Positions 10,392 to 19,756 of a stretch of 64,000 bases of DNA are shown here, in pieces. Positions within the stretch are counted from its first letter, which is position 1. Every line of letters starts with the position of its first letter. The translations under genes were made by a program, and so were the position numbers. Under the pieces are notes generated by a model. That model did no database searches and was not told the DNA's origin. It worked only from the letters and a program-made list of their open reading frames with translations. This DNA is from an uncultured Candidatus Rokubacteria bacterium (GTDB taxonomy: Bacteria > Methylomirabilota > Methylomirabilia > Rokubacteriales > DASRDR01), in NCBI GenBank assembly GCA_963805625.1, contig CAWDVE010000019.1, positions 192,001-256,000 on the forward strand, written 5' to 3'.

Positions 10392-11717
10392 TCACGTGCC
10401 ATAGACCTCGTGGGCATCAAGCCGTCTCCTGAGAGCCACGTATTCCTCCCGGCCCAGCTTCTTGCCCGCCTCCGCCATCACCCGTCTGGCCTCGCGGGCG
10501 CCGTCCCACAGGAGATCGATCACCATCATGGCCATGGACTTGGCCGGATTGACGGCGGCCAGCCGGTGGTCCACCACGACGTAGTCGCTCGAGTGGGGAG
10601 TGCTCTGGGTCCCGCCGGAGCGCGGGTGCACCGTCGGCATGATGAAGCTCAGGTCACCGACGTCCGTCGAGCCCGTGACGTGGCGGGGTACGCCCATGCG
10701 CTCCTGGCCGACGACGGCCGCGCAGCTCGCGTGGGCCAGGGCCACGAGGTTCGAGTCCGAGTGGTTGGGAAGGTAGCCGGAGATCGTGGTGATCTCGACG
10801 GTCGCCCCCATCGCTAGGGCCCCGGCACGGAGACTGCGGTCTACCTTCGCTGACGCGTCCGCGATGGCCTCGATCGTCTTACCTCGTACCAGCATCTCCA
10901 CGCGCACGTCGGCGGGGATCGCGCTGACCGCCTCGCCCCCGCGCGTGATGATCGGGTGCACGCGAATCCCATCCTCGTCCCGGAACGTCTCGCGCTGGTG
11001 CTCGATGGCGCTCAGCGCCAGCGTCGCCGCCTTCAGCGCGTTCACGCCCAGATGCGGGGCGCCTCCCGCGTGCGCGGCGCGCCCGACGAAGCGGGCCCGC
11101 TTCACGACGCACCCGTTGTGCGTGTCCCCGACCGTCGCCAGGCTTCCGTCGTCCCGGGCCGGCGTGTGCGTGATCGTCACCATGTCGACGTCGTCGAACT
11201 CGCCGAGGCGAATGAGCTCGGCCTTGCCGACGATGAATTCGACCTTCTTCTGCTGCCGCAGGCTCAGGCGCCAGTCGACCTCGATGCATTCCTCGGCCGG
11301 AACGGCGAAGAGGACGACGTCCCCGTCGAGCTGGTCCATCAGCGGCTGGAGGCCCATGCCCGCTCCCAGCATGGACGCGACCTGAGCGTGGTGACCGCAG
11401 GCGTGCGCGGCGCCGGTCGTCGGATCGGCGAACGGGTGATCGGAGACGATCAAGGAATCGAGCTCGCCCAGGATCCCCACGGTGGGCCCCGGCGCCCGCC
11501 CGGGCAGCCGCGCCTTGACGCCCGTCAGGGCCAGCCCGGCGCGGTACGGCAACCCCATCCGCTCGAGCTCCCGGCAAACGTACAGGGCCGTCTGCGTCTC
11601 GCGGAAGCCGGACTCCGGGTGCCGCATGATGTGGTCGCTGATCCGGACGATCTCCTCAGCACGCCGGTCGATCTCGGCGCAGATCCGGGTCTTGAGGTCC
11701 TCTTTCCCTGAGCTCAT
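10392..11717 (-). CDS. M20-family amidohydrolase (PM20D2/AbgB-like)
   Basis: HPESGFRE, GELDSL, HACGHHAQ, PAEE, GRAAHAG, GSTDVGD motifs. Confidence 0.9.
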   Translation of the reverse strand: MSSGKEDLKTRICAEIDRRAEEIVRISDHIMRHPESGFRETQTALYVCRELERMGLPYRAGLALTGVKARLPGRAPGPTVGILGELDSLIVSDHPFADPTTGAAHACGHHAQVASMLGAGMGLQPLMDQLDGDVVLFAVPAEECIEVDWRLSLRQQKKVEFIVGKAELIRLGEFDDVDMVTITHTPARDDGSLATVGDTHNGCVVKRARFVGRAAHAGGAPHLGVNALKAATLALSAIEHQRETFRDEDGIRVHPIITRGGEAVSAIPADVRVEMLVRGKTIEAIADASAKVDRSLRAGALAMGATVEITTISGYLPNHSDSNLVALAHASCAAVVGQERMGVPRHVTGSTDVGDLSFIMPTVHPRSGGTQSTPHSSDYVVVDHRLAAVNPAKSMAMMVIDLLWDGAREARRVMAEAGKKLGREEYVALRRRLDAHEVYGT

Positions 11718-11864
11718 CGGCTCGCCTCTCCCTCGCTCTCTACGGGCGCCGGGACACGCCCACCGGCGACGCTGCGCACACGTCAGCCGGCCATTCTGGC
11801 CGTCGGAGGGAAACCCGTGCGAGTGGCTGGCGACCCTCGGACCCGCCGTGCAACCGGACGGCTC

Positions 11865-11894
11865 ATCGTAGCCCGGTCTCCAGGGACCGGGCAA
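11865..11894 (-). promoter_or_regulatory. Possible sigma70 promoter with an 8-bp inverted repeat over the spacer
   Basis: Minus strand TTGCCC-N18-TACGAT; GCCCGGTC-N6-GACCGGGC at 11871-11892. Confidence 0.35.
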
Positions 11895-12009
11895 GGTGCC
11901 ATGACCATCGCGCATGCCATCCGACCACCGCCGCGCGCAGCGAAGCGAGTCGGTCACCTGCGCGAGCGCCGTGACCGGAGCGTGAATCTGGTCGCGGGGC
12001 GGCGGGACG

Positions 12010-13458
12010 CTACGGCGCGGCTGCCGGGACGCGAAGCGCTGCCTCGACCGCGGGCGAGAGGTAGGCCCCCTGGCGGAGCAGCTCGCGCTGGATGGCCCGA
12101 GGGTCGACGTCCCGGAGCCGGGTCGATCCGGCCGCGGCCAGGGCGGCGGCGACACCGGCGGCCTGGCCGGTCATCCAGCACTGCGGGATCTCGCGGAGGA
12201 AGGTGTGCGAGCTGGGATCGCACGAGATGTGGCGCCCCGGCCCGAGGATGCCCTCCAGGTCGGTCGGGACCAGGGAGCCGTACGGCACCGAGATGTTCGG
12301 GACGTTCGGCGACAGGCTGGGCGAGACGCCGATCTCGTCGTCCCACACCGCGGCGGTGTCCCACTGCGCTCGCGTGACGCGGCGGAGGCCGCGGAGGCGC
12401 CGGCTGTGGCGCACGCCGATCTGCGGCGCCCCCAGCATGAGGTACGCGTGCTCGAACCCCGGTGCGTGTGCCCGGTAGACCTCGAGGTGGCCGACCATGA
12501 GCTGGCGCGAGCGGATCTCGACTGCAGTCAGGTCCTCCACGTCGACGGCGCTGTAGCCCGACAGCCGCGGCCCCATGAAGAGCGCCACGTCATTGCGCCA
12601 GCCGACGAACGGCTTCTCGAAGAACCGCAGCTGCTCGCGCCCGCGCGCCATGAAGTCCGAGAACCCCGTGGGGTTCCCGGTGCGGAACGCGATCCAGCGG
12701 TCCATGTCCACGCCGCCGAAGAGCCACGCGGTGTTGGTGCAATGGTGGATGTCCCGCTCGTCGATGTCAGAGTCAAGCGTCGCGCCCACGCGGGCGAAGA
12801 GATCGGCGTCGCCGCTGGCGTCCACCACCACCCGGGCCCGGATGGCCTGCCGGCCCTCCTTGCTCTCGAAGATCGCCCCCTGGATGAGAGGGCCTTCGGC
12901 GACGGGCGCGACCGCCCAGGCGTGAAGGACGAGCTGCACCTTGTGCTCCAGCACCATGTCCATGCACGCAGTCTTGAGCCACTCGGGGTCGATGGTGGGG
13001 GACCAGGTGACGACGCCGTGGAAGGCCGCCGTGCGCTGGGTCCAGTAGGCGGCGGTGGCCTCGTCCCGCGAGCCCCAGGCCTCCTGCGGGGGACCGAAGC
13101 GCGCATCCCGCGGCAGCCGGTCCATCAGCTCCTCGGCGACGCCGCGGATCACGTGGCGGCCCGTCCAGTCGGACATGCGGTCGATCCAGATCACGAGCCC
13201 GCCGGTCGAGAGCCCGCCCAGGTGGTTGTAGCGCTCGACGAGCGTCACGGCCGCGCCGAGGCGCGCGGCCGCGACGGCGGCCGCCACGCCCGCCGGGCCG
13301 CCGCCGACCACGAGCACGTCGGTCTCGGCGAAGACGGGGACATCGCGCGCCGGCTCGTGAACCGTCAGCGCGGGGCGGCGGCGCCGGGCCGGCCTCGCGG
13401 CGTCGCCGAAGATCTCCAGACCCTGCAGGCGAAACAGCTTCTCACCGCTGCCATTCAT
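12010..13458 (-). CDS. FAD-dependent oxidoreductase (FAD_oxidored/HI0933-like)
   Basis: DVLVVGGGPAG, VVDASGDADL, IGVRHSRR, VPYGSLVP, GRHISCD, GQAAGVAAAL. Confidence 0.85.
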   Translation of the reverse strand: MNGSGEKLFRLQGLEIFGDAARPARRRRPALTVHEPARDVPVFAETDVLVVGGGPAGVAAAVAAARLGAAVTLVERYNHLGGLSTGGLVIWIDRMSDWTGRHVIRGVAEELMDRLPRDARFGPPQEAWGSRDEATAAYWTQRTAAFHGVVTWSPTIDPEWLKTACMDMVLEHKVQLVLHAWAVAPVAEGPLIQGAIFESKEGRQAIRARVVVDASGDADLFARVGATLDSDIDERDIHHCTNTAWLFGGVDMDRWIAFRTGNPTGFSDFMARGREQLRFFEKPFVGWRNDVALFMGPRLSGYSAVDVEDLTAVEIRSRQLMVGHLEVYRAHAPGFEHAYLMLGAPQIGVRHSRRLRGLRRVTRAQWDTAAVWDDEIGVSPSLSPNVPNISVPYGSLVPTDLEGILGPGRHISCDPSSHTFLREIPQCWMTGQAAGVAAALAAAGSTRLRDVDPRAIQRELLRQGAYLSPAVEAALRVPAAAP

Positions 13459-13535
13459 CGTCGCGTGTCTCCCGTTCTCGACCTGCTCCGGATTCGGGCT
13501 CGTGTCCAGCGGGGCGCCCTGACCGCGGCGCGCAC

Positions 13536-14079
13536 TCAGGGATCCGGCGTCGGACGCCGGAGGTAGCGACCGCGCGCCGGCCCCACGACGCCGCCGCGAT
13601 CGTAGACGACCTGGCCGCGCAGGAACGTGCACCGCCAGCGCCTCCATCTCGCCCACGTGGGAGGCCTGGATCGGGGCCAGGTGGTACCCGTAGTCGACCC
13701 AGTAGTGGCCGTCCGAGACGCGGAGCACCTCGGGGAAGAACTCGGCGTACGGGCCGCCGCGGTTCAGATAGTACTGGCCGGTGCGGAAGTAGGTCAGCAT
13801 CGCGGTCACGCCGCCGGACGCCGCCGCTCGGCTCTCGCTCCGAGCGTCGCCGGACAGCGGGGCGTAGATGCCTGCGTGCGTGTGGGCGTCCACGACACCC
13901 GGGAAGCCGAGGAGGTGACGGCCATCGAAGACCGTCCGGGCGTCGCCGACGGGAATGCCAGGCGCGATCCGCGCGAAGCGGCCGTCTAACACGCCCAGGT
14001 CGAGGATCTCCACGGCCGGCTGGCGTGGTCGCACGACGCGGACGTTCTTGATGACGAGGTCGAGCGGCGGCGCCGTCAT
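13536..14079 (-). pseudogene. Allantoinase/dihydroorotase-family remnant with large internal deletion
   Basis: N-terminus LDLVIKNVRVV..FPGVVDAHTH..GGVT joined at ~13630 to the C-terminal TFLRGQVVYDRGGVVGPARGRYLRRP* in another frame. Confidence 0.75.
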
Positions 14080-14193
14080 GGCCGGCGGTCCGCCGCCCGG
14101 GTCGGCGCGAACCACGTGCTCCACGCCCCTGGTCTGGCCAGTGCTGCGCTCGCCGGCGATCCAGTGCCCTCCGTGGACGCGTCGACTGCCCAT
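14076..14193 (-). pseudogene. Very short remnant, possibly an aldehyde dehydrogenase start and end
   Basis: RBS GGAG and MGSRRVHGGHWIAGER, resembling ALDH N-terminal 'H.I.GE', followed directly by a short tail abutting the next gene. Confidence 0.35.
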
Positions 14194-14214
14194 CTCGTCT
14201 CCGGTGTCATGATG

Positions 14215-14230
14215 TCCTATTGCTATAGGA
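14215..14230. promoter_or_regulatory. AT-rich palindromic operator TCCTAT-N4-ATAGGA
   Basis: Perfect 6-bp inverted repeat overlapping the -10 region of a minus-strand TTGCAC-N17-TAGCAA promoter-like sequence. Confidence 0.55.
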
Positions 14231-14319
14231 TGCGTGCCACCGGTGCAAGGTGCATGCGCGGAGGTCCCGATGGGGATGGCCACTGCCCGGCGGCCTTGGC
14301 CCCCGAGAGCCCGGCTCGA

Positions 14320-15363
14320 CTACACGGCGTCGTGCAGCGTGACTGGAACGTCGTAGGCGCGCCAATCCGGAATCGCCGCGGTCGTGAGACGGGCGAACCG
14401 GCCTTTGCTGAGGGCGACGTGGCGCCCCATGAGGATCCGGCAATCGCCCAGGATGAAGTCGAGATGGAGGTTCTGCACCGCGTTGTCTGCGTCGGCGCTG
14501 CCCACGCCGAGGTGAAAGCTCGCGACGCGCTCGTTGAGGAGAATGTCTGCCGGCACGAAGCCCGGGATGCCGTCGTTGGTGCCGATCCCGATCTCGACGA
14601 CCTCGTTGCAGTGCGGCACCAGCAGAAACTCCTCGACCAGTTCCCGGGCGAGCGCGTGACGGCTGTCGACGTCGGTGATCCTCCCGCGTGAGATGCGCAG
14701 CGTGACCGGGTTCGCGCCCAATCGCGCGTCGAGCGGCCAGCCGATGTTGGACCCGATCGCGCCGTCGGCCACGAGGATGCCGTCGACGTCGGCGCTCCGG
14801 GTGTTCACCTCGGCTGGCGGCCAGACCCCGGGGTAGCCGCCCGCGGCCTCGCCGTACGTATTGGCCCACGGCGCTGCCCGATCGAGCTCCACCTCGAGAC
14901 GGGTGCCGCGATTGCTTTGCACGGTGAGATGGCCGGCGCGGCGCGCCCGTTCGATGAGATCCCAGTTCCGCCGCCGAAGCGTGTCCTGGCGGCGCCGGAA
15001 CCCGCGGCATACGGACTCGGCTGTGGCGCCAAAGAAACGGTACGCGCGCGGTGCGCGAGGGCGGGTCGACATGTAGCGGAGCAGCGCCCGCGTGTGGTGG
15101 CTCTCGCCTGATTCGAGGAACACGACCGCGTCGCATGGCTTCTCGAGAGACGCCTCGATGGCCGTCCAGGCGAGCCTGGCGGAGACGCTCCTGACCGTGA
15201 TGCCGGCACCGGCGGCGATCACTCCGACGGCGCGACAAACGCCCTCTACTGCGGGGTCGTAGACCAGGACCGTTGCCTGACCGGCCGTGAGGCGGGCGTA
15301 GTCGGAGAGCAGCGCCCGCGCACCTCGCATGAACGCGCGGTCGTTCAGATGGCCCGACGTCAT
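14320..15363 (-). CDS. M29/aminopeptidase T-fold metalloenzyme (CgnB/CgnE- or NicX-related fold)
   Basis: GTRLEV, PPAEVNT, DGILVADG, VVEIGIGTN, LLNER..FHLGVG, LHLDFI match the M29 metal-ligand pattern E,E,E,H,H,D. Confidence 0.75.
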   Translation of the reverse strand: MTSGHLNDRAFMRGARALLSDYARLTAGQATVLVYDPAVEGVCRAVGVIAAGAGITVRSVSARLAWTAIEASLEKPCDAVVFLESGESHHTRALLRYMSTRPRAPRAYRFFGATAESVCRGFRRRQDTLRRRNWDLIERARRAGHLTVQSNRGTRLEVELDRAAPWANTYGEAAGGYPGVWPPAEVNTRSADVDGILVADGAIGSNIGWPLDARLGANPVTLRISRGRITDVDSRHALARELVEEFLLVPHCNEVVEIGIGTNDGIPGFVPADILLNERVASFHLGVGSADADNAVQNLHLDFILGDCRILMGRHVALSKGRFARLTTAAIPDWRAYDVPVTLHDAV

Positions 15364-15427
15364 GCCGTCTCGGCCGTCGGCCCCCTCGGCCCATGACCGG
15401 GCCAGTCCGGGACGACGCCCGGGTTGA

Positions 15428-15718
15428 TCAGCGCGCCGCGCGGCTACCCGGCTTCCGCCGCCGAGACTGTGCGGGTTTCGCCGCGCGGCGCAGCTCCAGG
15501 CAGGCGAGAGCATGCCCGTTCGGGTCCAGGGCATTCGAAGAGAAGACCAGGGTCACCGACGGGACGACGCGCTTCGTCGCGCGCCGGAGCTGCTCCTGTT
15601 GCGGCTGTGTCAGCTCCAGCGTGATTCTCCGCCTTGCCGGGATTTCGATGGACCAGCTCGCTTGGCGGGCCGCGAGACGCCGGCGAAAGGCTGCCACTCT
15701 TCGTGCTTGGGTCGCCAT
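15428..15718 (-). CDS. Small basic hypothetical protein (96 aa)
   Basis: Near-perfect SD GGAGGTGA just before the ATG; co-oriented directly upstream of the M29-fold gene. Confidence 0.6.
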   Translation of the reverse strand: MATQARRVAAFRRRLAARQASWSIEIPARRRITLELTQPQQEQLRRATKRVVPSVTLVFSSNALDPNGHALACLELRRAAKPAQSRRRKPGSRAAR

Positions 15719-15894
15719 GGATCACCTCCAGATGTCGGGCGATGGCACCGGGCGCGCCGCCTGCGGCAGGGGGCCCGGGCGACCGCGCGCGTCGCTCCGT
15801 GGCAGAGCTGGTACGCGCTACGCGGCGTGCCGCGCGAGGCCATGGTGGTACCTTAGCCCCGGCGCAGTGGGCGCATCAACTCCCCTTGGGACCA

Positions 15895-16284
15895 CGGGGT
15901 CTGGCGAGCCGATGGGGGCCTGGACCCGAAGAGCCTGGGCGTCCTGGAGACCGGATCCTGGATGGATCAGGACGCGGCGGTGGTGGTGGCCCGCGTCGGG
16001 CGAGAGGCGCTCATCGGCTACGCGCGTCGGGCGTTGGGCGCCGTGGATGCCCTGGTGGCGTCGCTCCAGGGCGCCGACCTCGAGCTGTGGCGCAATTCCA
16101 TCATGGAGTTCGTGAGCAACCCCGAGGGTCTGGGTGCCACCGAGACGTCGGGTGCCGCGACGACCGTGGCGGGAGACCTCGCCTTCCACTTCTCTCACGC
16201 GAGTTCTCTCACGCGAGCCGACATCAGGGCATGATCGAGGGGCTCGGAGGGATGCTCGGGCGGAACGGGACGACGATTATGTGA
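15895..16284 (+). pseudogene. DinB-like pseudogene (3' part)
   Basis: GLASRWG/LDPKSLGVLETG...REALIGYARRA...HASRHQGMIEG; frameshifted by a 14-bp tandem duplication TTCTCTCACGCGAG at 16190-16217. Confidence 0.65.
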
Positions 16285-16356
16285 CGCGACGGAGGCGCCG
16301 GCGCCCGGTGGACGCCGGCCCGTGCCTCCGTCTCGTGTCGCGCGTGGACGAACGGC

Positions 16357-17463
16357 TCAGCGGATGCTGAACACGGGCTCGCCGAGCGCCTTCTCGTCCA
16401 CGCTGATCCCCAGACCGGGACGGCTCGACACCTCCGACCAGCCGTCGCGCGGCTCCGGCGTCCCCTCGGCGATGTGCTCGTTTACCATCATGTTGATGAG
16501 CATGCCGTTCAGGAGCGACTGCGGCGGGGTGCTGGCGGCGAGATGCGCCATGGCGGCGGTGACCACGTCGCCACCTCCGGCATCCTCCATGGTCATGGCC
16601 AGCCCCCACTGCCGGCAGACGTCGCGCGCGAGCCGGACGCGGCTGATGCCGCCGAGCCGCGACAGCTTGAGCATCGCGCAATCCATGGCTCCGGCGGCCT
16701 GGGCGGCGAACAGGGCGTCCAGGTCCGTCAGGGCCTCGTCGAGGATCATCGGCCGCGCGGTGCGGCGACGGATCGCCAGGCACTCCGCCAGCGTCCGGCA
16801 GGGCTGTTCGAGGTAGATCGGCTCGTCCTCGAGCGCGGCGATGAACTGGGCAGCCTCGTGCTGGCGCCAGTAGGCGTTGGCGTCGACGATGACCACCTCC
16901 TGGTCCCGCACCACGTCGAGACAGGCCCGGGCGCGCGCCACGTCGAGCTGCCAGTGGCCGCTGCCGACCTTGACCTGGTAGCGGCGGAAGCCCTGCGCGC
17001 GGAGCTGCTCGGCTCGCTCTCGCATCGCCTCGGGCCGGTTCACCCCGACGACGTGGTAGATGGGGAATCGCGCCTGGAAGGTCCCGCCCAGGAGGTCGCT
17101 CACGGGGAGGCCGGTCGCCTGGCCGAGGAGGTCCCAGCAGGCGATGTCGATGGGGGACTTGGCGTAGGCATGACCGTAGAGAGCCCCGTCCATCCGCGCG
17201 TAGACCTGCTCGATCTGTCGCGGGTCCGCTCCGAGCAAGGCCGGTCCCATGAGCTGGATGGCGGCCCGCGTGCCCTCGGGAAACGCCAGCATGTAGGTCG
17301 GGTTGAAGGGACACCCCTCGCCCCAGCCGACTAGCCCCTCGTCGGTGCTGACCTTCACGAGGGTGCTGTCCTCGGCGCTGACCGTGCGCCCGCCCGACAG
17401 CGTCAGCGGGCCGCCGGCGAGCGTGTAGCGGAAGCGATAGACGTCGATGCGCGAGATCTTCAC
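16357..17463 (-). CDS. Enolase superfamily MR/MLE enzyme, hydroxyproline(betaine) epimerase/dehydratase-like
   Basis: GWGEGCP, YQVKVG (QxK), VDAN, EQPC, ILDE, LKLSRLGG. Confidence 0.85.
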   Translation of the reverse strand: MKISRIDVYRFRYTLAGGPLTLSGGRTVSAEDSTLVKVSTDEGLVGWGEGCPFNPTYMLAFPEGTRAAIQLMGPALLGADPRQIEQVYARMDGALYGHAYAKSPIDIACWDLLGQATGLPVSDLLGGTFQARFPIYHVVGVNRPEAMRERAEQLRAQGFRRYQVKVGSGHWQLDVARARACLDVVRDQEVVIVDANAYWRQHEAAQFIAALEDEPIYLEQPCRTLAECLAIRRRTARPMILDEALTDLDALFAAQAAGAMDCAMLKLSRLGGISRVRLARDVCRQWGLAMTMEDAGGGDVVTAAMAHLAASTPPQSLLNGMLINMMVNEHIAEGTPEPRDGWSEVSSRPGLGISVDEKALGEPVFSIR

Positions 17464-17691
17464 GGATGCCCCCGTTCGGTGTCAGTGCCCGGATCTCTCC
17501 CGAGGCCGCGGCGATGCGCGTCGCGCGTGACGCCGGGAGACGAGCAAGAGAAGAAGCGCTCCGGGCGTGAAAGTCAAGCGCCGGCCGCGGCGCTCGACGT
17601 CGACCCTCGGCGCATCGTCCCGCGCCGTGCGGGCCTGGGGCTGGCATGGCGGGACACCGGAACTGCCGGAGCCGCCCGCGTGAATCGACGC

Positions 17692-18180
17692 TCAGGCTGT
17701 CCGGTCCTCTCCTCTGCCGCTGACACCGGTCCCTTCGAGGGACGCCGGCTCGATGGGGGACACCACGCTCCGAACCACCTGATGCAAGGCGGCGATATCA
17801 AAGGGCTTCATGAAAGTCGCGACGGCTCCGACCTTGGTCGCCATGTCCTCAATGGGACGGTCCTGATAGGTCGCGTCGCCAGTCATGATGATGACGGGAA
17901 TTCCGGGGTAGAGGCGGCGCACCGCGCAAACCAGACCGAAGCCATCGAGGCGCGGCATGACCACGTCGGTCACCAGGATATCGGGGACCCACGTCTCCGC
18001 CAGCGCCAACGCCTCGCGGCCGTTCATGGCCGTCAGTACCCGGAGGTAGCCGTCCTCCAGGACGGTCTGGAAGAGCTCCAGGAGAGTGGGCTCGTTGTCG
18101 GCGATCAGCACGACGGGGGCGAGATCCAGCGGTGGGGCGCTCGGGACGGGGGACGGTCGGGTCGACGTGAGCTGTGCCAT
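17692..18180 (-). CDS. Single-domain response regulator (REC)
   Basis: VLIADNE, LVTDVVMPRLDG, IIMTG, MKPFD; RBS GGAGGAG. Confidence 0.85.
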   Translation of the reverse strand: MAQLTSTRPSPVPSAPPLDLAPVVLIADNEPTLLELFQTVLEDGYLRVLTAMNGREALALAETWVPDILVTDVVMPRLDGFGLVCAVRRLYPGIPVIIMTGDATYQDRPIEDMATKVGAVATFMKPFDIAALHQVVRSVVSPIEPASLEGTGVSGRGEDRTA

Positions 18181-18388
18181 CACTCCTCCACATTGTGACG
18201 TGGGCCGGCTATGAGAATCGATAACAGAACGCTGATCACAGCAAGACGAGTGCCTTGAGCGACCGGCGGGGAATTCGCGGTAGCTTGCCGAATCGAAACC
18301 GGACAACTTGTCGCTGCGGTGCCATGATGGCCGGATTCGTCCCGCATGCGACCCGGGAAGAGGAAGGCGGCGGACACGAGATCCGTCC

Positions 18389-18404
18389 TGGCAAGAACCT
18401 TGCT
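18389..18404 (+). promoter_or_regulatory. Putative sigma54 (-24/-12) promoter
   Basis: TGGCAAGAACCTTGCT has exact GG-N10-GC spacing, about 90 nt upstream of the topoisomerase IB ATG. Confidence 0.55.
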
Positions 18405-18493
18405 GCGACCAGCGCGTGCGAGCACTGACAGAGCCGAGCATCCGAGCGCGGCGCCGAAGTCATCCGAGGCGCCCCGGGGAGGCGTCGCGCGGG

Positions 18494-19711
18494 ATGAGTG
18501 ACTCCCTCGCAACCGCAGAGGCGGCCGCGCTCCGCTACGTGAGCGACGGCACGCCGGGCATCCACCGTGTGCGGGCGGGTCGGGGATTCCGTTACGTGGC
18601 GGCCGATGGGTCTCCCGTCCGCGACCTCGTCACCCGTCGCCGTATCCGGGCGCTCGCGATCCCACCGGCCTGGACCGAGGTCTGGATCTGCGCGTCGCCC
18701 GAGGGGCACATCCAGGCCATTGGCCGCGACGCCAAGGGGCGCAAGCAGTACCGCTATCACGCTCGCTGGCGCGAGACTCGGGACGCGACCAAGTATGCGC
18801 GGCTGGCTTTGTTCGCCGAGCGGCTGCCGGCCATCCGCCGGCGCGTGAGCGAAGACCTCGGCCGGACCGGGTTACCCAGGGAGCGGATCCTCGCCGCGGT
18901 CGTGCGCCTCCTCGAGACCTCCCTGATCCGGATCGGGAACGTCGAGTACGCGGAGGAGAACAACTCGTTTGGCCTGACGACCTTGCGAAACCGGCACGTC
19001 ACCGTCGATGGGTCGAGCCTCCGCTTCGAGTTCCGCGGCAAGGGGGGAAAGCGGCACGTCGTGAACGTCGCGGATCGACGGCTGGCCCGGATCGTCCGAC
19101 AGTGTCAGGAGCTACCGGGCCACGAGCTGTTCCAATGCGTAGACGAGGACGGGCAGCATCACGCCATCGGCTCGGCCGACGTCAACGCCTATCTCCGCGA
19201 AATCGCGGGCGAGGAGTTCACGGCCAAGGATTTCCGCACGTGGGCCGGCACGGTATTGGCGGCGAGCGCGTTGCGGGACGGCGGGTTCGAGTCCGACCTG
19301 GAGGCGAAGCGGAACGTTGCGCGGGCCATCGAGACCGTGGCGGAGCGCCTGGGCAACACGCCAGCCATCTGCCGGAAGTGCTACGTGCACCCCGCGGTGG
19401 TCGAGGCCTACTTCGAGAAGACGCTGCCACGGGCCCCGGAGCAAGCAGCGCCGGAACGGGCGGTGTCACCAGCGGGCCTGGAGCCCGACGAAGCGGCCCT
19501 TCTCGTGCTCCTGCGGGCTCGACAGTGCGTGGGACCGGGCGCTCACCCGGGGCGTCGCCGGCGAGCGACGTCGGGAAGACCGGCCGCGTCGCTCAGGGGC
19601 TGGTCGAGCCACCAGCTCGCGCGTGGGCTCGTGGGCTCACGGGAGGGTTCACGACGTGAAGCCACAGGCCGAGTGTCGTCAGACCCGTTCCGAATCCGGC
19701 GCGACCGTTGA
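18494..19711 (+). CDS. DNA topoisomerase IB (bacterial/poxvirus-like); conserved part ends at ~19520
   Basis: LRYVSD..PGI, AIPPAWTEVWIC, GRKQYRYH, IRIGN, FRGKGGK, KDFRTWAGT, LGNTPAICRKCYVHP (catalytic Tyr). Confidence 0.93.
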   Translation: MSDSLATAEAAALRYVSDGTPGIHRVRAGRGFRYVAADGSPVRDLVTRRRIRALAIPPAWTEVWICASPEGHIQAIGRDAKGRKQYRYHARWRETRDATKYARLALFAERLPAIRRRVSEDLGRTGLPRERILAAVVRLLETSLIRIGNVEYAEENNSFGLTTLRNRHVTVDGSSLRFEFRGKGGKRHVVNVADRRLARIVRQCQELPGHELFQCVDEDGQHHAIGSADVNAYLREIAGEEFTAKDFRTWAGTVLAASALRDGGFESDLEAKRNVARAIETVAERLGNTPAICRKCYVHPAVVEAYFEKTLPRAPEQAAPERAVSPAGLEPDEAALLVLLRARQCVGPGAHPGRRRRATSGRPAASLRGWSSHQLARGLVGSREGSRREATGRVSSDPFRIRRDR

Positions 19712-19756
19712 CGAACCCGCCGCACAGGACGCCGACGGCGATGACGAGGACAGTGC

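Noticed and set aside
11730-11860. Riboswitch in the leader of the M20 amidohydrolase
   Set aside because: GC-rich and foldable, but no recognisable conserved riboswitch core; an Infernal/Rfam search would be needed.
12010-14283. 757-aa ORF as a novel amidohydrolase-FAD oxidoreductase fusion
   Set aside because: Chance read-through. The amidohydrolase is internally deleted, its own C-terminus and stop (13536) are in another frame, and the oxidoreductase has its own RBS and ATG at 13458.
19284-19294. GGTTCGAGTCC tRNA T-loop-like motif (also 10748-10758)
   Set aside because: Both lie inside protein-coding genes and no cloverleaf is evident.
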